NCBI GenBank assembly: GCA_010015805.1
Contig: ML978126.1
Coordinates: forward strand, 1,364,001 to 1,428,000
DNA length: 64,000 nucleotides
Direction: 5' to 3'
Origin: Rhizodiscina lignyota
Lineage: Eukaryota
In this document: positions 37,233-48,712 of the stretch, one piece after another
How positions within the stretch are numbered: the first letter of the stretch is position 1
Layout: every line of letters begins with the position of its first letter
Translations under genes and position numbers: made by a program
Notes under the pieces: generated by a model
The model's database searches: none
What the model was told of the DNA's origin: nothing
Seen by the model: only the letters and a program-made list of their open reading frames with translations

Positions 37233-38567
37233 TTATGCGTTATCCGGAATACCTCGATCTTTCTTAATCTCTGCACATCGCGAGTCCTTTACATCCCAGG
37301 CCACACGCCACAGATGCCCTATCGGAGACGCGGCCGCAGCCTCAGGTGCAGCGCTCGCAAAGTCCGTTGCACTTGCGTGTTTGAAGACAAAGATGTCTGT
37401 GTTTTCGACTTCGTCCTCTTCCGGCTCCGCCTTCGGCATCGGGATTCGTACGGCGTTGGCAATTCTAAACCCATTTGAGCGCATCAGGTTGAAGAACTCG
37501 GACTCGCGGTCATCGCGTTTCTTCGATGCTACCACTATGGCAATGTGCTTGCGCGACGGCTTCGACAGCCAGGATATTGTTCGCACGAGATCTGCGAAGC
37601 TGTCCCAATTATATGTGCAATCTGAGATGAGGATCATATCCCATGTCCTGTCCAGTCGCTTATCCAGGGAAGGAGGCCAAGAACGTTGGCGCTGCGAGGG
37701 CCGGTCGCCCGCGTCCGGAACTGTGGACCAGTCGAGCTCTACGAACTCTAAAAGCGATTGGCTGTCTGCGATGCGTAGATTGCGCTCTTCGATTGAGCTG
37801 TAGTCCGTGGCCACGACCTTACTTCTGCTTACGAGGCTTGCGAAATGTTTCGAGACGATGCCACAGCCGCAGCCGAGCTCGATCACATTGAGGAGTTTCA
37901 TCTTGGAGAAGTCTTGCGCGAGGTGACCAGGCCGTGCTATTATCAAGTGGTCGACATATGCAGCAAGAACGAGGCCAGCATCCCTAGATATCGGTTAAAC
38001 CAAACCATAGTCCAAGCTTGGAAAGACGTACCATATGTGTCCAGCCATGTAGTCACCTATTCTTTCCCATACTTCAAGTTGAGGACCATCGAGGCTACAA
38101 AACTCTCTCCGAAGCAGCGGTTCCGCAGTTGTGGACCTTGCGTCTTTGCTGATGACGCAGAAATCAACCCATGCTGAGACTATTGGAGGAAGTACGCCTT
38201 TGCCCTTGATTGAACCTATAGTATCGCCGAAAGCAGACCCATCGGTGCCGGGGGCGTGGATGCATAGCGAAGCTAGGCCTGGGTCGCTTTGGTCATAGTC
38301 ATTGAATTGGTGGAGTCGCTTGTATACAGATTCTGGAATTTCTAGTTCAAGCTTTTCATCGGGGTACCTTGCCGTGTAGGGTACTTCCCATTGATGAAAA
38401 TGCAGTTTTTCTGAATCTTTGCACTTCAAGAGACTGACGGCGAGGTTTATTGGTACTTGGAGGAATTTGTCGTGCAGGTCTGAGACGATTGTAACGACGG
38501 TTGTGATTTTGAGCTTGCCTTGAACGAATTTGACTTCTGGGACCTTGAGGATCCTGATATATTTCAT
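37233..38567 (-). CDS. Family-16 (METTL21/EFM-like) protein lysine methyltransferase
   Basis: HIW|DAG spans intron 38031-37984. Also VIELGCGCGIV, VATD, ELDW, ILISDCTYN and KKRDDRE. Confidence 0.88.
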
Positions 38568-39149
38568 GCTGAGGAAGATAAGTCTCTAATGATAGAGAGA
38601 TACATGAGACTAAGACGTATGTCGAGATGGAGCCAATACGGTTTAGAATGAAAGGGAGTTAAGTGGTTGAATGTCCAGTTAGGGTTGAGGTTGCTCCCGG
38701 TGCCATTCAACGCGTTGCTGTGGAACGGTTTGTGCCGAAGAAATCGCTGTTCAAAGTGCGCGATATCATAGGCCAGACTTTCTTACCGTAAGCACCATGG
38801 AGAACACATGCTCAATGCGCGTTTCCGAAGACTAGATCAATTGCATACCTGAACCTGTACTCAGAAGGGATGCTTTATAGAGTTGAAGGTACCTTTAAAT
38901 CGGGAAGAAGCCGGTGTCGGCACGGGGGCTGATGCGGAGGCCGACTTCCGGGCCCGCCATCGTCATCTCGTCTCGTATTGGAGGCTGGGGAAGTTGCTGC
39001 AAACAACCTGAGGCAGCCAGATTTCACCTTAAACCTCCGTACACAGCAGCACTCCGGACGAAGCGCGCACTGCGCTCTGTTTGACATATGATGATCACTC
39101 GACCAACGTTCAGTTAGCATTCACCTACCCCATCACACTTTCTCTCAAG

Positions 39150-40508
39150 ATGTTTCGACGCAACGATCCCAGACTTCGTCGCACCCTCAACCAAATCTCC
39201 CAGAACCTCGAGTCTGCCAACGAATCAGCTCAGGCTGGCCTCTTCGACTTTAATCAACACTTCATTCAGCCATGCGTCGCTGGCATTGGTGAATGTCTCA
39301 CTTCCTGTGTCAAGCCTTGCTTCGGGACACGCGAGGAACAGCTGCGCCGCCAGCGACGCCGAACTCGAGGGAGAGCAGAGCTCAGCTTCGACTTCTACGA
39401 TGACTGGGACGCTGATGAAGACGGTGGCATACTGGGATGGGGCAATAACGATGAGCTGGATCGATTGTTGGCAGGCTCTGGTGCGGCCTCGGCAGCCCAG
39501 TCCAAGCGCATCGAGCGTCAGCAGCCTGGCAGACAGCGTGCGATGAGCTATGGAACGAGAAGAGACCAACGAGGAAGGAGGAAGAGTGCAGTTCAGCCGC
39601 ACGATGGAGGTCCAGACCCCACGATTATCCCGCACTCGTCTGTTCTTGGATTTCTCGAACGACTGCCTTGGAAGATTGGTGGGAAGGGATTGAGATACAA
39701 GCCGTCAGCTGCGGACTTGACTGACCATCCTGGTGGATACAGACAAGAAGGAGAAGAGGCGGAGCCATTGATGGAAAGCCAGGATGGAGACGCAGGGACT
39801 ATTGAGGGGAGAAAGAAAAGGGGACACAATAGGGATAGGAGTTACACAGCAACGTCTGGCCATACAACAGATTCGTTGAGTTCACGGGGGGATATTTTCC
39901 CAAGCGAAGATGAGCTTGATGATGCGCAACCTCTGGACGATGACTTCGCGATGGCCCTTCAGCGGCGTGTTACGAATCTTGGATCCGACGAGGCGAGTAG
40001 TGGCAAGACGAGAGGCGGTAAACGTCCGTCTGGCTCACGGATGTCGACAAGATCGGTCTCATCTAAGAGTATAGGTGAAGGCCTCCACAAAGTCACCTCT
40101 GGCGGCGGGTTAAGCGAAGAGGCTATTGAGGAGGTTCCTACATTGACAGACTTGAAGCAGCAGGAGGAGCGAGTGCGGCTGGAGGAAGAGGCAGAAGTGG
40201 AGCGAAAGCGAGAAGCTGCACAAAGGCTTGCAACGAAGCGCGGATTGAGCACGGATGAACACGCCGTTGATGATTTGAAAGCCGAGTCTACAGCCGAGTC
40301 TACAACATCCGAAATCGTCCCTCCTCCTGATGTACAATCTCCAGACCCACTTTCTGGCTCCGAGTCCTTCCCATCATTTGACGCTCAGGCCCAACCTACT
40401 TCGCCTCCGTTCAGCGAGCCTGTCTCTCCCTCACCGCATACAAGCGAGATTCAGTCTACCGGTTTCGTCCCCGCACAATTACCGCGCTTTAGTCAACAAC
40501 CAGATTGA
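39150..40508 (+). CDS. Conserved fungal hypothetical protein
   Basis: Long ORF from MFRRNDPRLRRTLNQIS with conserved-looking blocks (FDFYDDW, LRYKPSAADL, SLSSRGDIFPSEDE). Function unknown. Confidence 0.8.
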   Translation: MFRRNDPRLRRTLNQISQNLESANESAQAGLFDFNQHFIQPCVAGIGECLTSCVKPCFGTREEQLRRQRRRTRGRAELSFDFYDDWDADEDGGILGWGNNDELDRLLAGSGAASAAQSKRIERQQPGRQRAMSYGTRRDQRGRRKSAVQPHDGGPDPTIIPHSSVLGFLERLPWKIGGKGLRYKPSAADLTDHPGGYRQEGEEAEPLMESQDGDAGTIEGRKKRGHNRDRSYTATSGHTTDSLSSRGDIFPSEDELDDAQPLDDDFAMALQRRVTNLGSDEASSGKTRGGKRPSGSRMSTRSVSSKSIGEGLHKVTSGGGLSEEAIEEVPTLTDLKQQEERVRLEEEAEVERKREAAQRLATKRGLSTDEHAVDDLKAESTAESTTSEIVPPPDVQSPDPLSGSESFPSFDAQAQPTSPPFSEPVSPSPHTSEIQSTGFVPAQLPRFSQQPD

Positions 40509-40616
40509 GAGGATATCGGCTAAGCTTCTCCCACCATGTCATACTGAACGGGACAGACGCGACGGTCTAATCATGCCTAACTAGGACGCGAGCCTGCATT
40601 ATACGGACTTGAGAAT

Positions 40617-42025
40617 TCATCCAACCTTCTCAATACTCAAGACTCCCGCGTCGGCGCCGTCCAATCTGATTGAACCATCCCTCTGGATGAATTTCTTCCA
40701 TTTCAAGGCCTCGTCCCGCGCTGTCATAATCGTCATCCTCACAGTTGGTTCAGAATCCCCGTTCTCTACAGGAGTCGAGATGCCTGAATCCGCTGGCGTA
40801 AGCAATCCAGTCGGTGCGGCAGCCGTCTTTGGGGCGGCAGCGAACGTCCAGCGTCCGAATGCCCAATTGAGGATGTACCGTCCAAGTCTGGCTCCTGCTG
40901 GCGCTGCGGCCTTCTCGCCATTCGACGAAACAGGCGCGGAAGCAGCGTATAATATGGCTTTAATGCGATAGACTTCGTCTTTCGGGGCGTCCTTCAGCAG
41001 TTCCTCGAGTTTCGCGAGATCGATGCCTGGTGAATCTTTCTGTGATGCGGTCAACGTCACGGAAAGAACCTCGATTTCGCTTTGATGGTCGTCGTGGTCG
41101 TGTCCATGTGCGTGACCATGCGCGTGGCCGTTCTTGGCCGACGAGCTGGTGTCGTGCTCGAGTTGCGCTAGCTTCGCATCGAGCCCGAAGACGATGTCTT
41201 TATCGACGCGGCCCTTTTGGGATAGGATGCGTGGAGTGGGTACATCGAGTTCTAGATCGAGAATCCGATCGATACACGTCTCGAGTTGTCGCTCTGAGAC
41301 GTGCTCGTGTTTGTTCAGGACCAGGATATCCGTGTATTGAGCCTGTGCTCTGTTAGTAAATATTTCTCTCAGGCTTTGGCATTATCAACCAATGAACATG
41401 TCATGTATCCTTATATTCGAGATGATAGAAGATGAAGCATATTAAAGCGCAAAGAAATCTACACGTACCTGTACTTTAGCAGTCATACTCGTATCCTCAT
41501 AACCCTTCCAATTCTCCACATCAATGACGCTCAGCACACCATCTAAGACATAATGCCCCGTCTCCCGCGACAGGCGATTCACCTCCATCGCCAGAGTCGC
41601 CGGGAACGCAGAGCCGCTAGTCTCAATGATGATCCGATCGGGCGAGACGCCATTTCTCAGCGTCTCGAGAGCGTCGGATAGCTGCCCGACGAGGTTGCAG
41701 CAGATACATCCGTTCAGTAGTTCCTGGACGCCAGAAATTGCCTGCGATGAGGCGAGTTGGGAGTCGATGGCGACATCGCCGAATTCGTTTTTCAAGAGGG
41801 CGAGTTTATATGTTGGTGGGAGTTGTGGGATGAGGTTTAGGATGAGCGTTGTCTTGCCTTGGATTGAGAATTAGATGGAACGGCTATACAAACGCACGAT
41901 ATGGGTTAGAGATACCTGATCCCAGAAAGCCCGTGACGATGCTGTGTCCAGTGATTAGTAGATGAATATACCCTGATGGAGCGGCAGCGGACGTACGTGA
42001 TCGGGATGCGTTGATCAGAAGACAT
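40617..42025 (-). CDS. ZNG1: CobW/COG0523 Zn-metallochaperone GTPase
   Basis: Spliced P-loop IVTGFLGSGKT, then NEFG, GCICC, IIIETSG, LNK and a His-rich linker HAHGHAHGHDHDDH. Three introns. Confidence 0.9.
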
Positions 42026-42542
42026 GGCAGCGTTGTAATTTCGACTTTGCAGTCAATGGTTCTAGAAGTCTAATAAGAATGACATAAAACGCCTCTATTT
42101 TCACTCAGGTCTATGTTCTATGTAAAAGCCAGAGGGAAACTCTAATGTTGAGATTCAACGGCAACAAAATTTCGGCTCCATCCGATGCGCGCCGAGTTAG
42201 TGAGAGTAGGGTTAGGGTTGGTATGTACGCAACTACGAAGCCGCTCAATTTGCTCAAACGTCTTTTGCAATAAACTACTGCTACATTGCTTTGCCGTGTC
42301 AGGTGGATGTCGCTGAGACTCTTACAATTTCAAGGCTTCGATTTCGATCTGAAGGGATATCAGGTCCGGTGAATTTGACTATGTAACATTGTATGCACGC
42401 TACCGGGGTCATTTGAATGCCTATTTAAATTAGCAAAATTGTTAAACAGCGCTGCCAGATGGGTTGTATAATGACAACCGCCACACCTCTGAAGTAAATT
42501 TACGAACGGCCGCATTATAGAGGAATCACCCCATGAAAACCA

Positions 42543-44008
42543 CTATTCTTTCGGTGCAACCCTTAGGAGAGCTGAAAACTCGATTCCCGCAGTTTCAAAA
42601 GCTTCATTCAACTTCGCTGGTGGAGTCCACGGAGGGACTGGGTGCTTCTTCCGATACCCTGGCCAAATCGATTCACGGATATTGAGGTGACGGAAGTCTG
42701 GGAAGCGTCGTTCCTTGTGTTCTGCTAGCTCGAAAAGCCAGTGGTACGTGGCAGTATCGGGATGATCGATCGTCATATGACCCAGATATACCTCGTTACT
42801 AGTGAGATGAAATCCTGTAACAAAACCGAAATGAATCTATGCCATCATTAGCGGACATTGTTCACCAGCGCCTTGAGCAAGACTGAACCCACCAAAAGAG
42901 ATTCTAGCATCGGTGGTAGTAGCCGGAATATAGAGCTCCTTGTATCACAGGCTCGCGCTGTAGCGAATAGGCAAACTCCCGGAACCTCCAGTCTTCGTAG
43001 CCGCTGAAACCCAGTGAAATCCAGGCAGGACTCGTCATGATAAAGAACTGGATTGTCACTAATCTCACGAGTCGACGTCAGGATATCAGGGAATGCGTAC
43101 GGAGAATTCACGATCCGTAGCTCCTCTAAGCTGGCCTTTACCGCGCGAAGCGGCATTTCTAATTCATGCGGAGAGAATCGCCCCAAAAGCAGGTCACCGA
43201 AATACGTCTTTACTGTCCCTGACGGCGAAAGTGACTGAAGGGAGCCAGGGTATCGGATTTCAAGACGCTTCAATGTTGCAGGCCAAGCCAGGATATTCTC
43301 CAAAAGTGAAGTTGTCAAGCACAGGGAGGGCAGACTGAGGCTCTGCACCGTCGAGGAGCGTGGCGGCACTGAAGTTTCGAAATCCGGACACTGAGACACG
43401 TCTATGTCCTGAAAAGTGCAGCCTTCAGGATTCCAGCATCCTAACAGTGTGAGCTGAGTGAGGCCGTTTAGACGCATGCATCTTGGGAGCTCTTGAAGCG
43501 TTGCCCATGTACCGCAAAGTGTAAGGGTCTGTAACCTGGCCAAAGGTGTGCTCTCCAAGAATGCAGGCGAATAGTCGAGTTGAGTGAACTGCGAATTCAG
43601 CGTGAGCATTCGTAAGTTCGGCAGCTCTCCAATTAGGCGCGCAATGCATTCTTCCACAACGTTCAGAACATCCAAATGATTCCACTGCAGATGAAATGTC
43701 CTCACCATCTTCGCTAGAGACGGTGATTCATCCACGGTGCGCATAAAAGCCTCGAACCGTCGCGATATGATTATATCACGACCTTCGTAAAGGTTCCAGC
43801 CCCATAGTGTGATATGACGGTAAAGATGTCGTTGAGCCAGTGAACTTAGCCGGCAGCAGACCAGGCACATATTCCGAAGTGTGCGATTTATTGATAAGTA
43901 GTTTGGGTCACCCGTAGGGCGGGTGATGAAAGGCGAGTCTTCCTCCCATTCGCGACAACAAAGAAGAACATGATTTAAGACGTCGTCGTTCAACTCCAAG
44001 AGTTGCAT
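42543..44008 (-). CDS. F-box-like / leucine-rich-repeat protein
   Basis: N-terminus MQLLELNDDVL..LRNMCLVCCRLSSLAQRHLYRHITL, followed by LxxLxL repeats. Intron 42892-42837 is in phase with the last exon. Confidence 0.8.
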
Positions 44009-44470
44009 TCTGGAGGTACAAACAGGGAGTGCACGAGACAAAAGAGATTGGGTCTGGGGGTGAATTGAAATAGCTTGATTGGATCCTAACGGCTTCACTG
44101 AAGATGATGATGAGAACACCACGAACGAACCGAGCGACCGAATACAGGTCCATACCTCCGTATATGCATAAATAAGAAAATAAAGGTAGAGCAAAATTGC
44201 GGCACAACAATTGCACCGCCCGTGACCGCCCTGCCGTACAGCAAAACTACGGCATCCTTGTCGCTTAGCTCGCGTAATATGAATTAAGCCGCAAATAATC
44301 AGATGGCTTTCTCTTTAAAGAACGTCTATTGAATACTCCGTACTTGAAGGGACTACAGTATCTCATAATGCGGTGAGGATTTTTTCCTCGATTCGTCCTC
44401 ATCGTCAAAAGGCTTCATCTACTCGTGAACCTTGAAATCATGTCCTAAACAACCGCCAAGCGTACTCACT

Positions 44471-47400
44471 TCACATCTCCAGCCACCCAACGACCATTCT
44501 TCTCTCCTCGCTCTCCACAACATGATCCCCCATCCTTTTCAACACACTTACAAAGACCTCTACACTCGCCTCGTACACTGTGTTTACCCTTTCCGGCCAT
44601 CTAGCCATTGGCACAATTCCTATCGCATCTCCTTTCCACAACCTGACGAGCCAGTTTGCTACATCACTGCTCCGATCATTTGCATAGGTCGTGCACACAA
44701 GCTCCTGCTGGCCTTTGACATCTAGTGCGTTCTCGCACAGCCGTGGTCCATTTACCGTTTCCCCATCTGCCGTCTTCCTAGTAAGATTAAACCACGTCCA
44801 GCTCTTCCGCTCTGGAAACAATGCGGTGAACCTGCCCTCTGTACCCTCACTCACAATCCGGATGTTGAGCTTGCGGATTGCCGCACCGGGCATACTCAGT
44901 GGCTTGGATACTAGATACGGGCGACCCGCGTCCGCTTGCTGGATGGCGAATGGCTGCACCATCTTCGTGCTAGTGCGAAGCCAGTACTCAGCATCGTCGA
45001 TGATGCGGACTAGAAGTTCATTCGGTGCGCGATAATGGAACGCGCAAGAAAGGAGGAAGTACGTATGAAACACATCCGAACTTGTCGCTGGGCGATGTTC
45101 CTCTTTTCGAATTCCATTGGTAGTGTTTCCGTTTGTTGCACCCGCCTGCATCAGAACTTTGACGGCATTCTTGGCCCCTTGTACGAGTGCGAGACTCAAC
45201 GGCGACGAACCCTGAGCATCTTTTAAGTTGATATCTGGTGTATGTGGAAGCAAGGTGTTGATACCCTCGACCCAGTCTTGGGACGCAGCAAGGTGAAGTG
45301 GCAGCCGACCTGCGCCGTCGGGGATCGATGCGTCTGCTTTACTGGCAAGAAGTTTTGGAACCATGTCCGAGCGAGCGGTGGCGGCGATGTGAAGGGGAGT
45401 GGATTTCGAAATTGCGCACTGGATATTGACATCCATACCTGTGTCTAGCATGACTTGTCCGCAGCGGGAGGTAGAGGCGAAGCATGCCTCGTGCAGGGCG
45501 GTTTTGCCGTCGGCGCCCCAGGTCATGCTTGCATACGCTTTGGGATCTGGATGCCGTGAGAGAAACTCTTTGACAGTTGCTGGGAGATTATTTCGCGCGA
45601 CAATTTGGAGAGGAGTCATAGAGTTATATGGACTGGGGGTTTCAAGCAAAGATTGAATGTTTTCTGCGTGGTCGAGTAATTCATTCAGCATCATCATTTG
45701 CGCTGGTGACTCGACCCAGAAGTCGAAGACAGTGTGAAGAGGATGCAGTGGATTTGCATCGACTTGGATCTTCGCACCAGAGTTAATGAGGAATCTGGCT
45801 GTGTGATAGTCTCGGGGTCGGAGCGGTACGAATTGGTCATCGAACAGTGAGTGCATGATGGGCCGATTGCCGTCAAAGAACGTGAAGTCGGGACACTGGT
45901 TGATATCCGCACCTCGTTCCATGAGAAGTTTTATGGTGCTGGTCGATTCTCCGAATGCGGCGTTGTTGACGATGGATCGATCCGCAGCACAGCGATCTTC
46001 CACATCAAAGCCTGATGCCAGTTCCTTCTCCACGAAGTCTCTGAAATTGAAGAAGGCTGCCATGTGGATTGGCTTTCGGGTGATTGGCTCAATTTTGGTT
46101 AAGCGTCGCCATCTGTAGATGCCGTTGGGGCCCGCAAACCCGAGATGATCCAATGCAAAGGACCAAGATCTGCCCAAAGTTTTGATGATTTCCTTGCTTG
46201 GGTAGACTGTGGCCGCCTTCCGCAGTTCGTCAGCTTTGCTTGTGTCCACTAGCGCGAATCCATTGAAAGAGAAGGTGAAGTTTGCGAAGGCTGTCTCTTT
46301 GACAGATTGAGTTGCACCAATCACCCCAGCCTTTGCGTCTTCATACTGCAGAATCCACACGTCAATCAGGTCTCCAGAATCGCGCGCACTATCCAGATTT
46401 TCAGTGTACAGGAAGTGGAACATTTCAAGCCACCGTAATAACTTGTCTTCGGAAGAGAACAGTTCGCTCAGTTCGGCCAAAGTTTGCTGAATGCTGGGAC
46501 TGATGTTTGTGACTCCGGCCAATGCCGCGAAATGAAGAGGCCAATTCGCTGCGCTGTATTGTATGAAGTGATATTGTTCCAGTTGAAGATGGAAGGGAAA
46601 GTGCAAATACTCGAACCAAGGCCATGGTTCCGAGAAGGGCAGCTCTGACAGGTCAATCTCGGATCGATCGACAAAATCACGGTCGTCATAATCCAAGTAC
46701 GTCAAGCATAAGCATGCCATATTTGCATGTGCCGTGCTGGGATTTGTCAGTTGTTCCTCCGCCGAAACGTACATTAAATACTCCTTTGCTGTCGCATGTA
46801 TGCATGCCAGGGTTTCAGACTCCTCGTCGAGCTCTAAGAGCGAGGTGCAAAACTCTAAAAAGAGTTTCGAAACATTTGGTACATTTCCTGGTCTGAAGTG
46901 GTGCTCTCCCGGAACGATAGCGAGCGCGACTTCCAGCTCGGACAGGGTGAGAGGACGGAAGGCATATATGACACATTGCAGGAGTCGAATAATTCGAGCG
47001 TTCCGTGTCCCTTTGAGAGACCTGATCTTGTCCATGGACCTGTTGTACACTTGGTCGATCCCTTCAGGTAGATGCTCCAAAACCTCGTGACGCTCTTCGT
47101 CGGTATCGCTTTGATATAATTCGTTCAGCATCAGTCTCGCATATAGGAACATTCCTCTTGCTCGACTGCCAATCTCCCTGACGACTTTGGTTACGAGCAC
47201 TGGGTCCTTGATCTCACATCTTTCGACCTCCTTTGTGATGTATCTCTTGATATCGTCCTCGTTATCCGACGGGTTGATCTGGAAACGTACAATGGGTACT
47301 TTCTTTTCTTCTTCCAACTCGCGTAGCTTAAAATCAATATCCCGTTCTTTCCTGCTCACGATTACTACGTTAGCTGATCGAGAAAGTTGTCCGATGGCAT

Positions 47401-48712
47401 CGAGAATCTCTGCTCGATCTTCGGTATCACATTCGTCTAGGCCATCGAGCAACAGGAAGGTAGAGCGATGCTGTTTGAGTATAATGCCGAAAAGCTTTAG
47501 CAACAGATTCGTAGTGATTTCGCTCATGGGACCAACAAGTCGAAGAGCCTCTCCGACGATACCTGATGCTGTCTGGCACAGCTGGAAAGCCCAGGTCCTT
47601 AGGATGTTCAATGCAGATTTCTTCGCAACGTCTTTCGTATCGCAGAAGAAGTAAGCTATGGGGCGGATAGACATCAGCTTTTCTATGATGAATGCGCTTA
47701 GGTACGTCTTGCCGCTTCCTGGAACTCCGGTTACCCACGTCACTTGAGGTGGCACGTCATCTTGGAACAAGTAGCTGAAATGCTTCGACGACATTATCCA
47801 TGAACAAGTCCCCTGGAACCTCTTTCGTTGTAGGGTCTCGAGATACTCTGTGATTGGCACTGGCGAGAGCTTGTCATGCAAAGTCTTCAAGAGATCCTTT
47901 TGCAATCCAGCAGTGGATTGCGCTTGAGACCGACGAGATTCTTTAAAGAATTGCGTGGCGCCCTTTTGGAATCTAGCGGTGGATTCTGCGCCCGCCAATT
48001 GCGCTTCTGATTCCGTTTTGATACAGAGCGCATGGAAGTGGGATATTTTCAGAGCTGCTTCTTTCTTGATTGATGCTGTAAACACCATACGCGCAACCAC
48101 CTTCGACCGGGACCGGACTTTCTTTCGGAACCAAGCACAGAAGTCCAGGAGGCATTCAAAGACGCTGCATAAGGCGAGGTTGAAGCGCTTGCTCTCTTTG
48201 AAAAGAACCTCGTACGCAGTCAATCGGCCAATATCACTCTCAATGTCGGTGAAGAAATCGATCAACATGTCGTATATCTCCGCAATGTCCTTGGTCACAA
48301 TAAGACACATGCGGATGGAGCCCCAAGCAAGATTGAGGATTCCATATGGATCCGCATCAGCTACAATGTCGATTGCCTTCTCGAACCTAGCTAGACTGTC
48401 AAACAGAGGCTTGCATTTATCGAGATACTTCTTGATTCGGCTTTTTTGAAGGTGAGATAACTGCACGGTCTGCAGATCGCCCATGAGGTCCTGAACATCC
48501 CCAAGCTTGAGCGCATGTTGCTCCTCGACTGTGAGGTTGTTGTCCACAACATAGCGGTCTACTGCTCTTCGCCAAGCAAGCGAGGGCGGTATCGATGTTG
48601 TATCAGAGTAGTCGGTGGCACGCCACGAGCCTCTGGAAGACTGGGACGGAGTTATGGGGGTATTGAGTGCGGACATCGTCCCCGGCATCGTACTGATTTC
48701 AGATATCTTCAT
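44471..48712 (-). CDS. Fungal NLR-like STAND protein: helical N-domain, NACHT, ankyrin repeats and an extra C-terminal domain
   Basis: Intronless 1413-aa ORF. P-loop GVPGSGKT, Walker B LLLDGLDE, GMFLYA, IHATAKEYL, and ankyrin motifs TALHEA, TPLHIA, LPLHLAA. Confidence 0.92.
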   Translation of the reverse strand: MKISEISTMPGTMSALNTPITPSQSSRGSWRATDYSDTTSIPPSLAWRRAVDRYVVDNNLTVEEQHALKLGDVQDLMGDLQTVQLSHLQKSRIKKYLDKCKPLFDSLARFEKAIDIVADADPYGILNLAWGSIRMCLIVTKDIAEIYDMLIDFFTDIESDIGRLTAYEVLFKESKRFNLALCSVFECLLDFCAWFRKKVRSRSKVVARMVFTASIKKEAALKISHFHALCIKTESEAQLAGAESTARFQKGATQFFKESRRSQAQSTAGLQKDLLKTLHDKLSPVPITEYLETLQRKRFQGTCSWIMSSKHFSYLFQDDVPPQVTWVTGVPGSGKTYLSAFIIEKLMSIRPIAYFFCDTKDVAKKSALNILRTWAFQLCQTASGIVGEALRLVGPMSEITTNLLLKLFGIILKQHRSTFLLLDGLDECDTEDRAEILDAIGQLSRSANVVIVSRKERDIDFKLRELEEEKKVPIVRFQINPSDNEDDIKRYITKEVERCEIKDPVLVTKVVREIGSRARGMFLYARLMLNELYQSDTDEERHEVLEHLPEGIDQVYNRSMDKIRSLKGTRNARIIRLLQCVIYAFRPLTLSELEVALAIVPGEHHFRPGNVPNVSKLFLEFCTSLLELDEESETLACIHATAKEYLMYVSAEEQLTNPSTAHANMACLCLTYLDYDDRDFVDRSEIDLSELPFSEPWPWFEYLHFPFHLQLEQYHFIQYSAANWPLHFAALAGVTNISPSIQQTLAELSELFSSEDKLLRWLEMFHFLYTENLDSARDSGDLIDVWILQYEDAKAGVIGATQSVKETAFANFTFSFNGFALVDTSKADELRKAATVYPSKEIIKTLGRSWSFALDHLGFAGPNGIYRWRRLTKIEPITRKPIHMAAFFNFRDFVEKELASGFDVEDRCAADRSIVNNAAFGESTSTIKLLMERGADINQCPDFTFFDGNRPIMHSLFDDQFVPLRPRDYHTARFLINSGAKIQVDANPLHPLHTVFDFWVESPAQMMMLNELLDHAENIQSLLETPSPYNSMTPLQIVARNNLPATVKEFLSRHPDPKAYASMTWGADGKTALHEACFASTSRCGQVMLDTGMDVNIQCAISKSTPLHIAATARSDMVPKLLASKADASIPDGAGRLPLHLAASQDWVEGINTLLPHTPDINLKDAQGSSPLSLALVQGAKNAVKVLMQAGATNGNTTNGIRKEEHRPATSSDVFHTYFLLSCAFHYRAPNELLVRIIDDAEYWLRTSTKMVQPFAIQQADAGRPYLVSKPLSMPGAAIRKLNIRIVSEGTEGRFTALFPERKSWTWFNLTRKTADGETVNGPRLCENALDVKGQQELVCTTYANDRSSDVANWLVRLWKGDAIGIVPMARWPERVNTVYEASVEVFVSVLKRMGDHVVESEERRMVVGWLEM

